The notes beneath the pieces were generated by a model. That model was not told the origin of the DNA and searched no databases. It saw only the letters and a list, made by a program, of their open reading frames with translations. The translations under genes were made by a program, and so were the position numbers. From Octopus sinensis (Eukaryota): a stretch of DNA of 64,000 nucleotides. Shown here in pieces: positions 12,902 through 25,340 of this stretch. Position 1 is the stretch's first letter, and each line of letters begins with the position of its first letter. The stretch covers positions 60,574,001 through 60,638,000 of the forward strand of contig NC_042997.1 of the NCBI RefSeq assembly GCF_006345805.1. The letters run 5' to 3'.

Positions 12902-14076
12902 TAAAAATGAGACACAGATGAAGTCTATAAGTGGACAACTTTACTAAAAGATTCATTCCAAACATGGTCAAAGATTTTAATGCTCTTTTAATTGAGTAAA
13001 AGCATTGTCTTTGTCAAAGTACTAAAGAGCAAGAAGCCTTTGGTATATTACAGAGTAAGTGTCTAATAAATCTCATTCTATGGAAACTGTACTGGTGACA
13101 AAGGTGATAGTTACTCCAATACAGGTAAAACCATATTTTTAATTTTAAAAAAATGACAAGTTGTATCACTTGTCCTTCAAAACGTCCTACTAGTAAAATT
13201 GTACATATATGTAGTTTCAAATCTTGGGATAATCCCAGACTACTTTAATGTTAACTACCTTGTATTTGCCTGGCATTACCTCTCTCCTCCTTTATTATTT
13301 GACCCACAAATTATACATGATGAACTGAAGTCCTATCAAACGCTTAGTATCAGTCCTATGAACTTTTAGGTTCAAACAAACATTTACAATGAATTTTCCA
13401 TTTCTCTACTATTATGTTCCTTTGGAAGGGCGTCTAGCTGTAAAACACTGCCTCATGAAACCCATCTAACCCTCACCAGCTTTTCTAACAACGACGACGG
13501 CGATGATGATTTATAAAACAGTTTATTTTAGCTATCACCGCTAAAGGCCATGCTGGTACATCATCTTCATGATCAGAATTGAAACGTTTAGATTATCTAA
13601 TTTAAGATAATTAACACAATAGCAATGTGGAGCCAAAAATATGACCACATGATAGAGAGAAGGAAAATAGGTCGAAATGTGCCTTAGAGACGTGTACCAA
13701 GGTTTTAAAAAAGGTAATTACAAACTAAAACAACAGATAACAGGAATTTGTCTTTAAACTTTCGGATTCACAATTAAACGAAATTCGGGACAACTAACAC
13801 CCTTAAATTACTATCAATAAAATGACAACCAGGCCGAGAAAGTAAATTTATGAATTGAACAGTAGCTTCATATTGGTCAGCTTGGACTAAATAAAACTCA
13901 AGATAATATAAACACTGGTCTATGAGTAGACTTTAGCAACAGTAATTGTCGTTACGATTTTACAGACAACGATTTGCAAGAAAATGAGATTTTCAAAAAC
14001 AACTCACAAAGATTCAAACAGGCGAAAAAAATCTAGACTATTTATTATTATACAAGTAATAATTTTCATATATATA

Positions 14077-14118
<42 letters not shown>

Positions 14119-14487
14119 TAATATAAGATAGGCATGGTTTATTTATTGACTACAATCTGTACGAAATAATGCTAGGGGAGGACATTAAACTAGAGGGATA
14201 GAGTCGCTTCCCTTGAGTAGAGCAGTCGCCATTTGTAAATACGCGTTGAAGCCAACTAAACTAGTCACACAGTGCAAGAGCAACAACAAAACATAATAAA
14301 ATAAAGAGGACAGATTAGGAAAAGAAAGAAAAACTTAAAGACAACTAAAAGAGAGAAGAGAAACAAAAGATAAACATAAACCTCCCACTGTCCCCTCCCA
14401 CATCAAGGCCACGGCACTATCACAGCAAATGTCTCCAAGTTGTGTAGCATAAACTATAAGGCAAATCATTAATGGTCAGTCACTTAC

Positions 14488-14527
14488 ATTTTGGTAAGAT
14501 CACACATTCAGACACACAGCCAGACAT
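14488..14527 (-). CDS. Candidate alternative first (or poison) exon of MKK7, MSGCVSECVILPK, phase 1
   Basis: ATG at 14527, 13 codons plus 1 nt, then GTAAGTG. Same phase as exon 1; in-frame TGA 27 nt upstream. Confidence 0.3.
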
Positions 14528-15626
14528 ATGGTTACTATGTGAGGAATCAGATCATTCTTTCAACTTTGGTTCTGCTAAACCATACATGACATTTCATTTG
14601 AAAACAACTCGAAACTAACAATTTTTTAAAAAATGAGGACAGCTTAAAAAAAAGTTCTTTCGTAACAAAGAAAGAAATACTTCGCAAACAATAGGATAAG
14701 CTGATTAATTACAACAGTTCAGATTCATTTTGACTTAATTTTTCTTAAATTTCCATTTCTTTTTAAGCTTGATATTATAAATAGATCAAAAGAATATTGG
14801 AGCCAACTTTTCCGATATAATTACTAGGTCTGTTTATTAGTGGGGATGGTAGAGATAGTTTGTTTATTTTTATTTGTTATTTTTTCCTGCGTTATATCCC
14901 AACGTGGGGAAAGTATAATTTTCAGTAGTTAATACACCGATTCCTCACTTGGTGACCAGTGTGTTGGTGTATAAATGTGTGTCCACACCCACATCAATTT
15001 GGCACGGTAAAACCCAGAGGCCGCTTAAATCGCCGAAGAGTTCTGTGAACGAAAGAGTGGGAACCATCAGGATCACCGACCGATGTTTCCAGGAAGTAAA
15101 AGGTTTTTAATAAAAGTAGTAGTAGTAGTAGTAGTAGTACAAAAGGCAGCATGTAAATTTAAGACATCAACAAATGTGTTCAGTGAACGTTAATGATGTC
15201 TGAAGCTAAACAAATATTAAGGGGGAAATGTCCGCAAATAAACAAAGATTAGATTAGCAAAGCAAGTGGTGGAAGTTCTAACAAGTCTCACCACATTAAA
15301 AGACTTCCAAGAAGTTGTGACCAACTTAACACAGATTTTCCCATCAGGTTATGGCTATAATCATTATTAATTCATTAATACTATTAAGAGAAGTTGCTGA
15401 GGAGGGGATGCTGATGATCGATAGAGAACTAAAGAAATAAACAGCAGGGGAATTAACAGAAGAGAATTGCTGCTGCTGCTAATAAAGACTTATATAGAAA
15501 GTGGCGATGGTGGGGATGGTTTTTTTTTTTCCCCAAAAACCTCATTCGTACCGTGCCGTGCAGTTTATACTCATAAGAATCACAGTGATTTTTTAAAATA
15601 AACAAAAATCGAACAATAAAACTTAC

Positions 15627-15759
15627 GCCGACTGGGTCTCCGAGGACCGGAGGAAGAGCCGGTGTCAAAATTCCTCGCTCGATCCCTTTCCCGGGAACTA
15701 TTTTCCTCTATCAATCTCCGCTCCAGTTGGTTAAGCTTGTTTTGTATTGAAGTGGACAT
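15627..15759 (-). CDS. MAP2K7: MAP kinase kinase 7 (MKK7/hemipterous) coding exon 1
   Basis: ATG at 15759 gives MSTSIQNKLNQLERRLIEENSSRERDRARNFDTGSSSGPRRPSR plus 1 nt, then GTAAGT. It resembles the MKK7 N-terminus as I recall it (SLEQKLSRLEAKLKQEN..RRR...SPQRPRP), with a phase-1 intron at the equivalent position. CpG-rich context. Kinase exons are not in the window. Confidence 0.75.
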
Positions 15760-15768
15760 CTTGAAGCG

Positions 15769-15782
15769 CGGTCACATGACCG
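15769..15782. promoter_or_regulatory. Near-palindromic E-box (CLEAR/USF-like) in the MKK7 promoter
   Basis: CGGTCACATGACCG, 10-23 nt upstream of the ATG; one mismatch from GTCACGTGAC. Confidence 0.45.
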
Positions 15783-16199
15783 TAGCATACAAATGTAGCG
15801 AGACATTCATAGACACCGATTAAAGTAGTAACTAAACGCAAATAATTCTTAATTTTTATCATGTTTTTTTTTAAGACATACAAAATTTTATTTCTGGATG
15901 ACATGAAAATCATATATATATTTTTTTAATCTGACTGAGAATCAAAAAAGAAATCAAATTAATTTCTCAACATTCAACTAAATAGTTTGTTGTTGTTTAT
16001 ATACAAGTGAGGAAAGAGGAGTGAACAAGTGTCTCTGAAATCTAAATGCTTCTCTAGATGGATTAAAGGGACTTATAAATAAACACGCGAAGGTTTGACA
16101 TTTCGATCCATTGAGAGAATTAAATTTTAATCAATTAAAAAGTAGCTTATTGTAAAGTTTGTTTGTTTCTTTTTTTTTAAATTTTTTTTTTACGTTACA

Positions 16200-16380
16200 T
16201 CGGTTTCAGTGTGAATTTTTAGATATTTGTATTTGATAGGAAGGGTTGAACTCGAAGTAATTTTTAAGCCCCTAAACCTTCGGGATTGAGATCGTGGAAT
16301 AAAGTTGTCGAAATTGAGTTGTAAATCAGTAATGTTACTGTTTAAAAGTGATTGGATGAGTGTACCCCAGAAACTAAACT
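16200..16380 (+). other. Candidate first exon of a transcript divergent from MKK7
   Basis: CpG-containing stretch ending aaactaaact|GTAAGT at 16380/16381. Possible ATG at 16356 (MSVPQKLN, phase 1). The 5' boundary is approximate. Confidence 0.3.
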
Positions 16381-16823
16381 GTAAGTTCAGTTTCTTGGTG
16401 GGGGGGGGGTATCTTTTTTAATATTTAGGAACATCTGGGTGACTGCTCAGATTACCATTCAAAAAGAATTTGAACTGTCTTGGCAATTACTATATAGGAA
16501 TAAATGAATGAGGTTACTATGGTTAATATCGATTAAAGATTGAAAGCTTAGTTCAATTACTGGTGGGGATCATTAGTAAAAAATATATGTCCATGACACG
16601 ATTTCAATTCTTAGTTGAAACGAGTGATTGAATTAGTGTTTTATTATACATTTCATCATAAATATCTGCTCTAAAAGCCACTGTTTCTTCATATTTTTTC
16701 TCCAAATAGCAGCTTCGTTAATCCTTATAAATTTCCCAATTCAAATATAATTTTGAACAAATTTTCTATGTATTTCAATTTTACATCATCCCATCCTTGA
16801 AATATATATATATATATATATAT

Positions 16824-17063
16824 AAAATAAATATAAGAGAGTGGTCACTATATGGCTCACTCTAGCACTAGTTAATCCAAAAGGTTTCGACCACAAAAAT
16901 ACATGTTTCCCATGAAAGTCAGTACGATTTTTATTTGCCCTGTCCGTGTGAGCTAACAATCGTACTGACTTTCATGGGAAACATGTATTTTTGTGGTCGA
17001 AACCTTTTGGATTAACTAGTGCTAGAGTGAGCCATATAGTGACCACTCTCTTATATTTATTTT
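16824..17063. repeat. Perfect inverted repeat with 106-bp arms and a 28-nt spacer (fold-back MITE-like)
   Basis: 16824-16929 is the exact reverse complement of 16958-17063. Flanked by TA runs. Confidence 0.95.
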
Positions 17064-17481
17064 GTAAAAATATTATAATATATTATAAAATATTATAATA
17101 ATCCAGGTTTCTCGGAGCACTAGGCCACTTGGTGTTGAATAGATATACTATTAAATTAGTATCTAATTCTCTCACCCTTATTAATTAATTATATATATAT
17201 ATATATATATATTGATAACACGCTGGTGTTAAACTTTGTTTCTATACTTGGATTGAGAAAATAAACTACACGTGAAATTTATTTTTCCTAAATAAAGTTT
17301 GGTCAGGAGAGAAAATGATTACTAGTTTGAAAGAATAATGGAAAAGAGATTGTGAAGACACTTATCTACAACAGAAATACGAAACTGTTGTTTTGGATAA
17401 ACTCCTTCACATGCATTAATACATACATACAAACACACATAGATATAAATTATAAATAAATATATGTATGTGTGTATGTAC

Positions 17482-17968
17482 GTGGCTGTGTGATAAGAAG
17501 CCTGCTTCTCAAACACATGGTTCCGAGTTCAGTCCCCTCATTCATTTATTCCTAGACAGTAATTGTCAAGACAGTTCAAATTCTTTCTGAATGGTAATCT
17601 GAGCAGTCACCTAGATGTTCCTAAATATTAAAAAGATACCTCCCCCCACCAAGAAACTGAACCTACAGTTAAGTTTCTGGGGCACACTCATCCAATTACT
17701 TAGGCCAGTGTCTTCTATTGTAGCCTCAGACCGACCAAAGCCTTGTGAGTGGATTCGGAAACTGAACGAAGTCCGTTGTGTATATATGTATATATCTATG
17801 TGTTTGTCCCCCTCCGCTTCACAACCGGTGCTGGTGTGGTTACATCCAGGTGTCTTAGCGGTTCAGCAAATGAGACCAATAGAATAAGTACTAGGCTTAA
17901 GAAATAAGTCCTGGGGTCGGTTTGCTCAACTAAAACTCTTCGAGGTGGTACTCCAGCATGACCACACT
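17482..17968 (+). mobile_element. Composite CORE-type SINE, interrupted
   Basis: gtggctgtgtgataagaag head, B-box gagttcagtccc, internal (TA/TG) tract and the family 3' part; an insertion of about 150 bp after the head. Confidence 0.75.
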
Positions 17969-18059
17969 ACATCTGATTCCTCTTATCCCCAGTTTTTTTC
18001 TCAATACATTATCACTTTATTGTACATTTTGGTGTTGCACATCCAACAGAGCATACTAG

Positions 18060-19010
18060 CTTTATTCATTTTTTTGTCTTCACATCTCCTCTGCTTTCTG
18101 GAGCCCCATCTCACAACCATGTAGTCTTTTGTGTATAGGCATCATTCAATCTGCCTTTCACTCTGAGAAAAAGACTTTTTGTTACCAACGGATGCAATAG
18201 CTCTCTGAACTTTCTCCATCCTGTCCTTATTCTAGCAACTATACTTTCAGGACATCCCCCTCCACTGCAAATTAGGTCACCTAAGTAACAAAGACCATCT
18301 ACGACCTCCAAGGTAACTCTTGAGCACTTAAAAAAATCTATTTCCCATGTGTCCTTAGCATTTATTGCTCCTGCACATTTGCGACATATGAAGTCTGCTT
18401 TTTTCATTGACCTTCCTGTTATTCCACTGCACCTCTTGTGTGTCCATAGTTTGCACATATGGTTTGTTTTCCTGCAACAAAAAATTTTGTTTTGCTAAGT
18501 TAATTTTAATTCCAGGTTTTGCTTCCACACCAGGAATATTTTTTCTAATTGTACCACAGATCCTGCTAAAAGAATACAGTCACCAGCATATAGTAGTTCC
18601 CTGGGACAATCAGTTTTAAATCACTTTGTTATAGCCTGTAGGATTATAATGAATGGTGGGTAACAAGGACTGAAAACCAAACCCTGGTGAATCCTACTTG
18701 TACGCTAAATTTGTTGGCATATTTGTTACAAACTTTCACCTTATTGCCAGTACCCCTGTACATTGCTTGCACGGTTCTCACAAGCCACTTATCTACTCCT
18801 AGCTCCCTCAGAGACCACTAAATAATGGAGTGAGGAACCCTATTGAAAGTTTTCTCCAGGTCAATGAATTCCAAGTACAATAGCTTACTTCCACAGTTTT
18901 TTTACTAGAAAGATAACATCAGTAGTACTTCTCTCTGGCACAAAACCAAGCTCCTAAACTATCTTTGCACTTTGACTGTGTTTCCAAATTTCCAGTAACA
19001 CTTTAAGATA
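18060..19010 (-). mobile_element. RTE-type LINE fragment (RT with PHD-like finger), decayed
   Basis: ORF 18458-18111: CKLWTHKRC...FICRKC...LEVVDGLCYLGD...RIRTGWRKFRELL. The upstream part encodes an LAFIDLEKTFNR-like RT motif. Confidence 0.85.
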
Positions 19011-19923
19011 AATTTCCTTTGCTCAAAGCTTAGTCTGGCTTTCTTCATTATTTCTAATAGGTTAAATTTAAAAGGAAATGAAAACTGAGTTATTAGTTAT
19101 TAAAGTGTGTATACATTTTTGTGGAACACCCTATCTGAACCAAGATTCAACTCAATTGGTCCTCTGGTCAATAGTAAACATCAGCAGACCAAGAAGTGGT
19201 GATTGATTACAGTTTAAATTGTATCTGCTGCATGTGGCCATTGATGTCAATTGTTATTCATCAAGTCTGAATAAGCTCTGTTTTAATGTTCTTAAGAAGA
19301 ACTTAAGTTATGTCATGGAAGTTGAAATAAGTTTATTTTTACACTAAGGATTTGAGCAGCGAATGAATGATATAACGTTTCTCTGTAAAAGATAAGTCAC
19401 TGTACTTTGATCTATTCTTCTACTGATACCTTATCTATTGATGCCTAGGTAATGCTGGTGATTTTTCCTTTATCTGTTGGTTTCCAAATTTATTTCAAAA
19501 CAGCTGTGACATTTTCCAAGTATTGGTGATGCAATTAGGTGTTGTGCTTGTGCCGGTGACTTTAGAATAAATGCTTTGTGAGTTCTATATAGCATGTTGA
19601 TGTGTTATTGACAGAAACTTCAAGGACAGTCTACAAAGCTTTTATATAGACTCTCTTGATGTATGATTAGCAACTAATGCCAAAGATCACATGATTACCT
19701 GAAAGCACAGAGAATACAATTTATGCTTTTATCAGTTGTTTCTACTCAATCTGATGATGATAATTAGTCAACAGAAAGACTATATCATCATCATCATCCT
19801 TCAACATCCGTTTTCCATGCTGGCATGGGTTGGATGATTTGATCAGAGCTGGAGAGCTGCACCTGGTTCCAGTCTAATTTGGCTTGGTTTATATGGCTAG
19901 ATGCTCTTCTTAACACCAACCAC

Positions 19924-20817
19924 GGATCTTTTCACTTTGACCGGCAGATTTTTAAAATAATTTCTTTGTAACTAAACACTTTTAAACTTTGTATACTGGT
20001 AGTGTGTTACATAAAACTTGGCTTTCTTGAGAAAATTCTGCAGTTTGTAAGCTATTTGTTGTTTAATTTCAACCAATCAATGACGTCTATTGAGTTGAAT
20101 ACAATATCTGCCATATTTTGTCAACAACATTTTCTGGCGGTGTCATATGAATTTGTCACTGTTATTTATGACATATTTCATATCAGTTGCGTTCATATGA
20201 ATAAAAGATTATCATTATTAAACTTTTATTAATAAACACATATTCTAAGTTCACAACATATGCAGTTTTAATTTCCCTCTCTGTTGCACAGATACACACA
20301 TTACATATATATTCGTTTAAGAAACAGATTGGGTTTATTGACATTTCTGAAGAAAAAAATATACCCTTCCCCCACCCCTAACCCCAACCCTAACTCTAAC
20401 CCTAACCCTAAAACAGATTGAAATGCAATAGATTGATACTAGGGTCGTAATTATGGGTGGACACTAAAGAGGGAACAGTTTTGTTATCCAGCTCTGTTTA
20501 CGAGTGACTCCTCAGTTTATGGCCACAGGGTATCATTTTTCTCATAAATAACAGTGACAAATTCATATGACACCGCCAGAAAATGTTGTTGACAAAATAC
20601 GGCAGATATTGTATTCAACTCAATAGACGTCATTGATTGGTTGAAATTCCGAAATGCAAGAAATTAAACAACAAATAGCTTACAAACTGCAGAATTTTCT
20701 CAAGAAAGCCAAGAGAAAAAGATGTTTTATGTAACACACTATCAGTATCCCAAGTTTAAAAGTGTTTAGTTACAAAGAAATTATTTTAAAAATCTGCTGG
20801 TCAAAGTGAAAAGATCC
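19924..20817. mobile_element. Long-TIR non-autonomous DNA transposon (MULE/hAT-like) with an 8-bp TSD
   Basis: GGATCTTTTCAC...GTGAAAAGATCC termini and TIRs of about 240 bp. TSD CCAACCAC at 19916-19923 and 20818-20825. Internal degenerate (CCCTAA)n at about 20368-20411. Confidence 0.9.
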
Positions 20818-20919
20818 CCAACCACTTTTCAGTGGGTGCTGGGTGCTTTTAACATGGTGCTGGCATGAGTGCTTTTTATGTGGCACCCGCACAGGACTCT
20901 TGCAGGCCAATCCTCTTCA

Positions 20920-23800
20920 CCAAGGGATGCAGCCTTACTACTTCTGCTGTGAAGTTTTGATACAGTGAAGTGCCAGGTATCTCGGCCGTTTGTATACATG
21001 CATCATACAATATTCCTTTTACTCAGAGAGAAAAATCTCTGGTTACCAACAGAGGTGAAAGCTCTTTGAGTTTTCTCCATCCTATTTTTATTCTAGCTTC
21101 TAGCTATTACACTCTCCATACATTCCCCCCACTACTAATTTGGTTACCTAGGTAATGGAAATTATCCACTACCTCTAAAGAGGCTCCAGGACATTTGAGA
21201 AAGTCAATTTCCTGAGTATCTGTAATTTTTATGGTTCCTGTGCATCTTCCATATATGAACACTACTTTCTCTGATAATCTTCCTGTTATTCCTCTGTACC
21301 TCTTATGTGTCCATAGCTTACACTGGGTACACTGTATGGAATTCCTGCCTACACCTTTCCTATGAATCAAGCAGGGCCACTTACCTGAAGAAGGAAGGGT
21401 CCTGTCTGTTCTCTTGCTTACTAAAACCTTAATCTTTATTAAGTAACCTTAAGGCCCTTAGATTCCAATTTTTGTTTTCACACATGGAATTTCTTTTCTA
21501 GCTTTGATATAGAACCTGCTATGAGAGCAAAATCAACAGCATGTAGTAGATCCCAAGAGCTGCCAGCTTTGGATCCCTCTGTTATGGTTTGGAGGACAAT
21601 GATGAAAAGGTGGGGATTGAGCATTGATGGATGCCTACCTGTACACCAAATTCTTCACTGTACTCATGGTTAACTCTCACCTTACTGACAGCATCTCTGT
21701 CAGTAAGGATCCTTGTATGGAGGACCTTGAGCTGTCACAACCTCCTTTTCCATGTCAGCTTGTGTCTCTGAATCCTTCTGGCCCTAAATCTGAAGTCACT
21801 AACCACAATCCCTATGTTGAGTTATACATTCTTCACCCAGAAAAGAGTTTGCATTTATGAGCATGCACATGTTCCTGAGTTTGGTGAGGACGTAGCCTAT
21901 TCTGGTTGGTGTACCCACCAGGTATAAGGCCTGTACAGCTCTCACAGGCCACTTGTTTATCCCTAGTCTCCTCAGAGACCACCACATCACAAAGCAGGGT
22001 ACTTTATGGAAGGCTTTCTCTAGATCAACAAATGCCAAATATAATTTTAGGTTTATTCTTAGCTAAGTACTTCAGTTGTTTGACTATGAAAAAAGCATTA
22101 GTAGTATTTCTCCCTAGGACGAAGCCAAACTGCATTTTTGTCTGAACTAATTCTGCTCCTAATTAATTGGGCTGTATCTCTCTCCAATATTTTCATCATC
22201 TGGTCCAGAAGTTTGATGCTTCTATAATTACTCCTATCTAAGATATCTCCCTTACCCTTGTAACAGCTAACAATAATGCTGCTATACCAATTACTGAGTA
22301 TTATGCCTTCCTGAATAACGTGATTAACTATGCAGGTGACTAGCCCATATCCTACCTTACCAGATATTTTGAGCATCTCAGCAGTGACTCCAGATGGCTT
22401 TCCCTGTTTCATATCTTTAATTGCCTTATCTACCATACTTCCATTTGCTACGATAACTGGTCCATCTGTTGGGTTCACATGAGAGACTCTCTTTATCCCA
22501 TTCTTCACATTCAGTAGCCTTGCATAGTAACTTTTCCACATATCTTTCTTGTCCAGATCATCAAGTGTAAGCATACTATTATCCATCTATGCACACTTCT
22601 CTCTCACAATATCTTGATTGTCTCTGATACACTGTCTAGCAATCCAGAACACCTCAAGTCTCTGATCTTCACATTGTAAGACATTGGCAAACCTCTTCCT
22701 TTCTGCTTCTGCCCTATCTAGATAAACCTGACATCTGGCTTCCCTTTTAGCTTTCTGATATGATTCTTTGCTACCAACTCTTTTCCATTCTTTGCAGACC
22801 TGTCTCTTCACTTTTATGGCCTTGTCAACATCACTTCTACCACCATGTTATTCTTGGTCTGGCAGAAGATTTGCTCCCACCACAGATTTGGTTTGTCACC
22901 CTCAGAAGATATTCTACAGGAACTCCCAGTTGTCCTCTACATCATATGCCTCTGTCTCTTCCTCCTTCTCATCAAAGGCTTAATTAAGTACATCTCTAAA
23001 TCTCTGCTCGTTTGAAGGATCCTTGAGCTTCCACAGCCTCCGTTTCATATCAGCTCATCTCTCTGAATCCTTCTTGCCCTAAGTCTGAAGTCACCAACCA
23101 CTAGCCTATGTTGAGTTATACATTCTTCATCCAGGAAAAATTTTGCATTTATGAGCATACACCTGTTCCTGTGGTGAGGATGTAGTCAATCTGGTTGGTG
23201 TGCCCACTAAATTGGTAAGTGATCAGATGGTTGGTAGGTTTCCTGAAGTTGACGCTGCAGACCAGTAAACCATGAGCATCACTAAAAATCCAGCAGCCTA
23301 GTCCCCTCCTCATCTCTAAATCCAATGTCATAGCCTCCATGCACACCTTGAAATCCATCAGGATGTCTTCCAGCATGTCCAATGAAGTCTCCTGCCTTGA
23401 TGGGAATACTGTTTTTTGTCAATTAGGTAGTCCCAGAGGAAGTTTGTAGAAGTGGTCCTTCTAAGTATCTGCTAGTCTAGCATGCAGAGCATATACAGAG
23501 ATAACTGACACTGTTACACCAAACAAGGCTATTCTTAGCTTAATAATCCTATCATACTAAGACTGCCTCAGTCATCTTATCCACCCACTTCTCTGCTAGC
23601 GGAATACCCATGCCACCTAGATCTTCATTGTAGCCTATCCAGAAAAAATTGTATCTATATCTCTTGCCCATAAGCAGTCTGGCTGCGGTTCCATTGTACC
23701 GCTTGCACACAGCATACATCTACAAGTCTCAGCTTAGGTATTTCAGCTATCTCTCCAGACCTACCTTTCATTGTGCCAATGCTGGTTGTGGCAGCTCTAA
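20920..23800 (-). mobile_element. Near-full-length but rearranged, degenerate RTE-type LINE (APE endonuclease plus RT)
   Basis: APE N-terminus (SIGTMKGRSGEI...VDVCCVQ) at about 23790-23690, TNQIDYILT at about 23200, RT motifs (YRSIKLLDQMMKILER; MAFVDLEKAF) at 22586-21960, PHD-like segment at 21370-21250. Many stops and frameshifts. Confidence 0.9.
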
Positions 23801-25340
23801 GCTTATAGAACTGGGAAGAAGGTTGGTAAAATGTTTTCAGCTTCTGAAAAGGAAAAGATCTTTGGGATTGCATGCCTAGAGGTAATAAGTCCTTGTGCTT
23901 AGTGTTAAAAGTCATGTTACAATTTCCTTCAATCTCAGAAAGGCTTTATGAGTGTGCACATACAGGTATATAGATGTAAATATACATACGCATACATTAC
24001 AATTATGTGCACAGATATATGTCCATAGTTCTATGTACATGCTCATCAGGGGGGTGGGATAAACGAACTGGCAACAAGAAGCATCTGGCGATAAAATCTT
24101 GCCTCAAATGATTCTTAATCTAAACCGTGCTGGTATGGAGGTTAGATACTGATATATTCTTTTAGGCCTGATTTTGAAGCTTTCCGATATCACTTTATTT
24201 ACTATACATCTTTCACTGTCTAGCTATATGCACTTCACTTTGCTTTGATATGAGAATAAGAAAATAGTGCAGCATTTACTAAAGAATTATCAATATAGTT
24301 GTACTGTAGCAAATGGTGCATGTCTTTGATTCCATTCCTTGGTTGAGATTGTAATCTTAATGTAAAGATAAATATTAGAAGAGTAGAATTGTCAACAAGT
24401 GTATAACAAAGAAGATGGTTTTTCAAAGATATCCTCTCCTCAGTCTTCAACTTCAATGCTACCTGTGTGGACTTTACACTTACTTAAGGCTCAAACTTTT
24501 CAGAAAAAATACCTTTTCAAAAGAAATTATGTACTTCATGATACTTTTTAAACTTCAAAGAAATCTTATACTTTCAAAATAACTGTGAAATTTCCAAGTC
24601 CATGTAAATAGGATGTTTTTAGGAATGGTGGTTTTATTGGATATAGTGATGGAACTGTTACATGATCACTCGATCTGTTAGAAACCACAGCTAAATTACC
24701 TTCAAATCAACCTTAACATCTTAAAAGGAAGGAAACAAACAACAAATAGAAAGATACAATGGATAATGAGGTCCTAAATAAACTATGCTTGAAATTTTAA
24801 AAAATCACAGTAGTCATGGCAAAACTACCTTTGATTATGGTTCTGCAGAATCATGAAGTGACCTAGGATTAAACTACAACAATGAACTAATGCTAATAAA
24901 ATAAAACAATCTCTACCATGATTTCTTAATAGAATTAATATTCCAGCACTAAGACCAATTGAAGCATTTATTGTTGAATTAATGGTTTTTTCTTTTTCTT
25001 TTTTACTTCCACTTTTGACTCTTTTTTTTTCTTCTTTTTATGTTTTCAGTTGTGGATTTATATTTAATGTGGTTTTGTATTATTTATATATCATATACAT
25101 ACATGTTTTATATGTAATTATTAAATTATCTAAATTTTCAACACAGTCTAAATGAAGTGAATAAATTCCTACTTCAATGACATTTAACAATGAAAAAAAT
25201 CTTATTAATGAAAACAATACTAATTCTAATCTATGTCAACTTAGAATTAAATAAATGAATTCAGGAATATTAATTAATATGAATTATGGTCAATACAAAC
25301 TATTATTTAAAAACGTATAAATTTTTTTGTTACCTCTTCT

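Noticed and set aside
14185-14255. Minus-strand acceptor after a long pyrimidine tract, giving RPSR-LGFNAYLQMATALL... and containing a YY1-like AAATGGCG
   Set aside because: No credible donor before the stop at about 14185, so it cannot be supported as an MKK7 exon.
20368-20411. (CCCTAA)n as a relic of chromosome fusion
   Set aside because: It is internal to a TSD-flanked transposon, and a second family member has the same tract.
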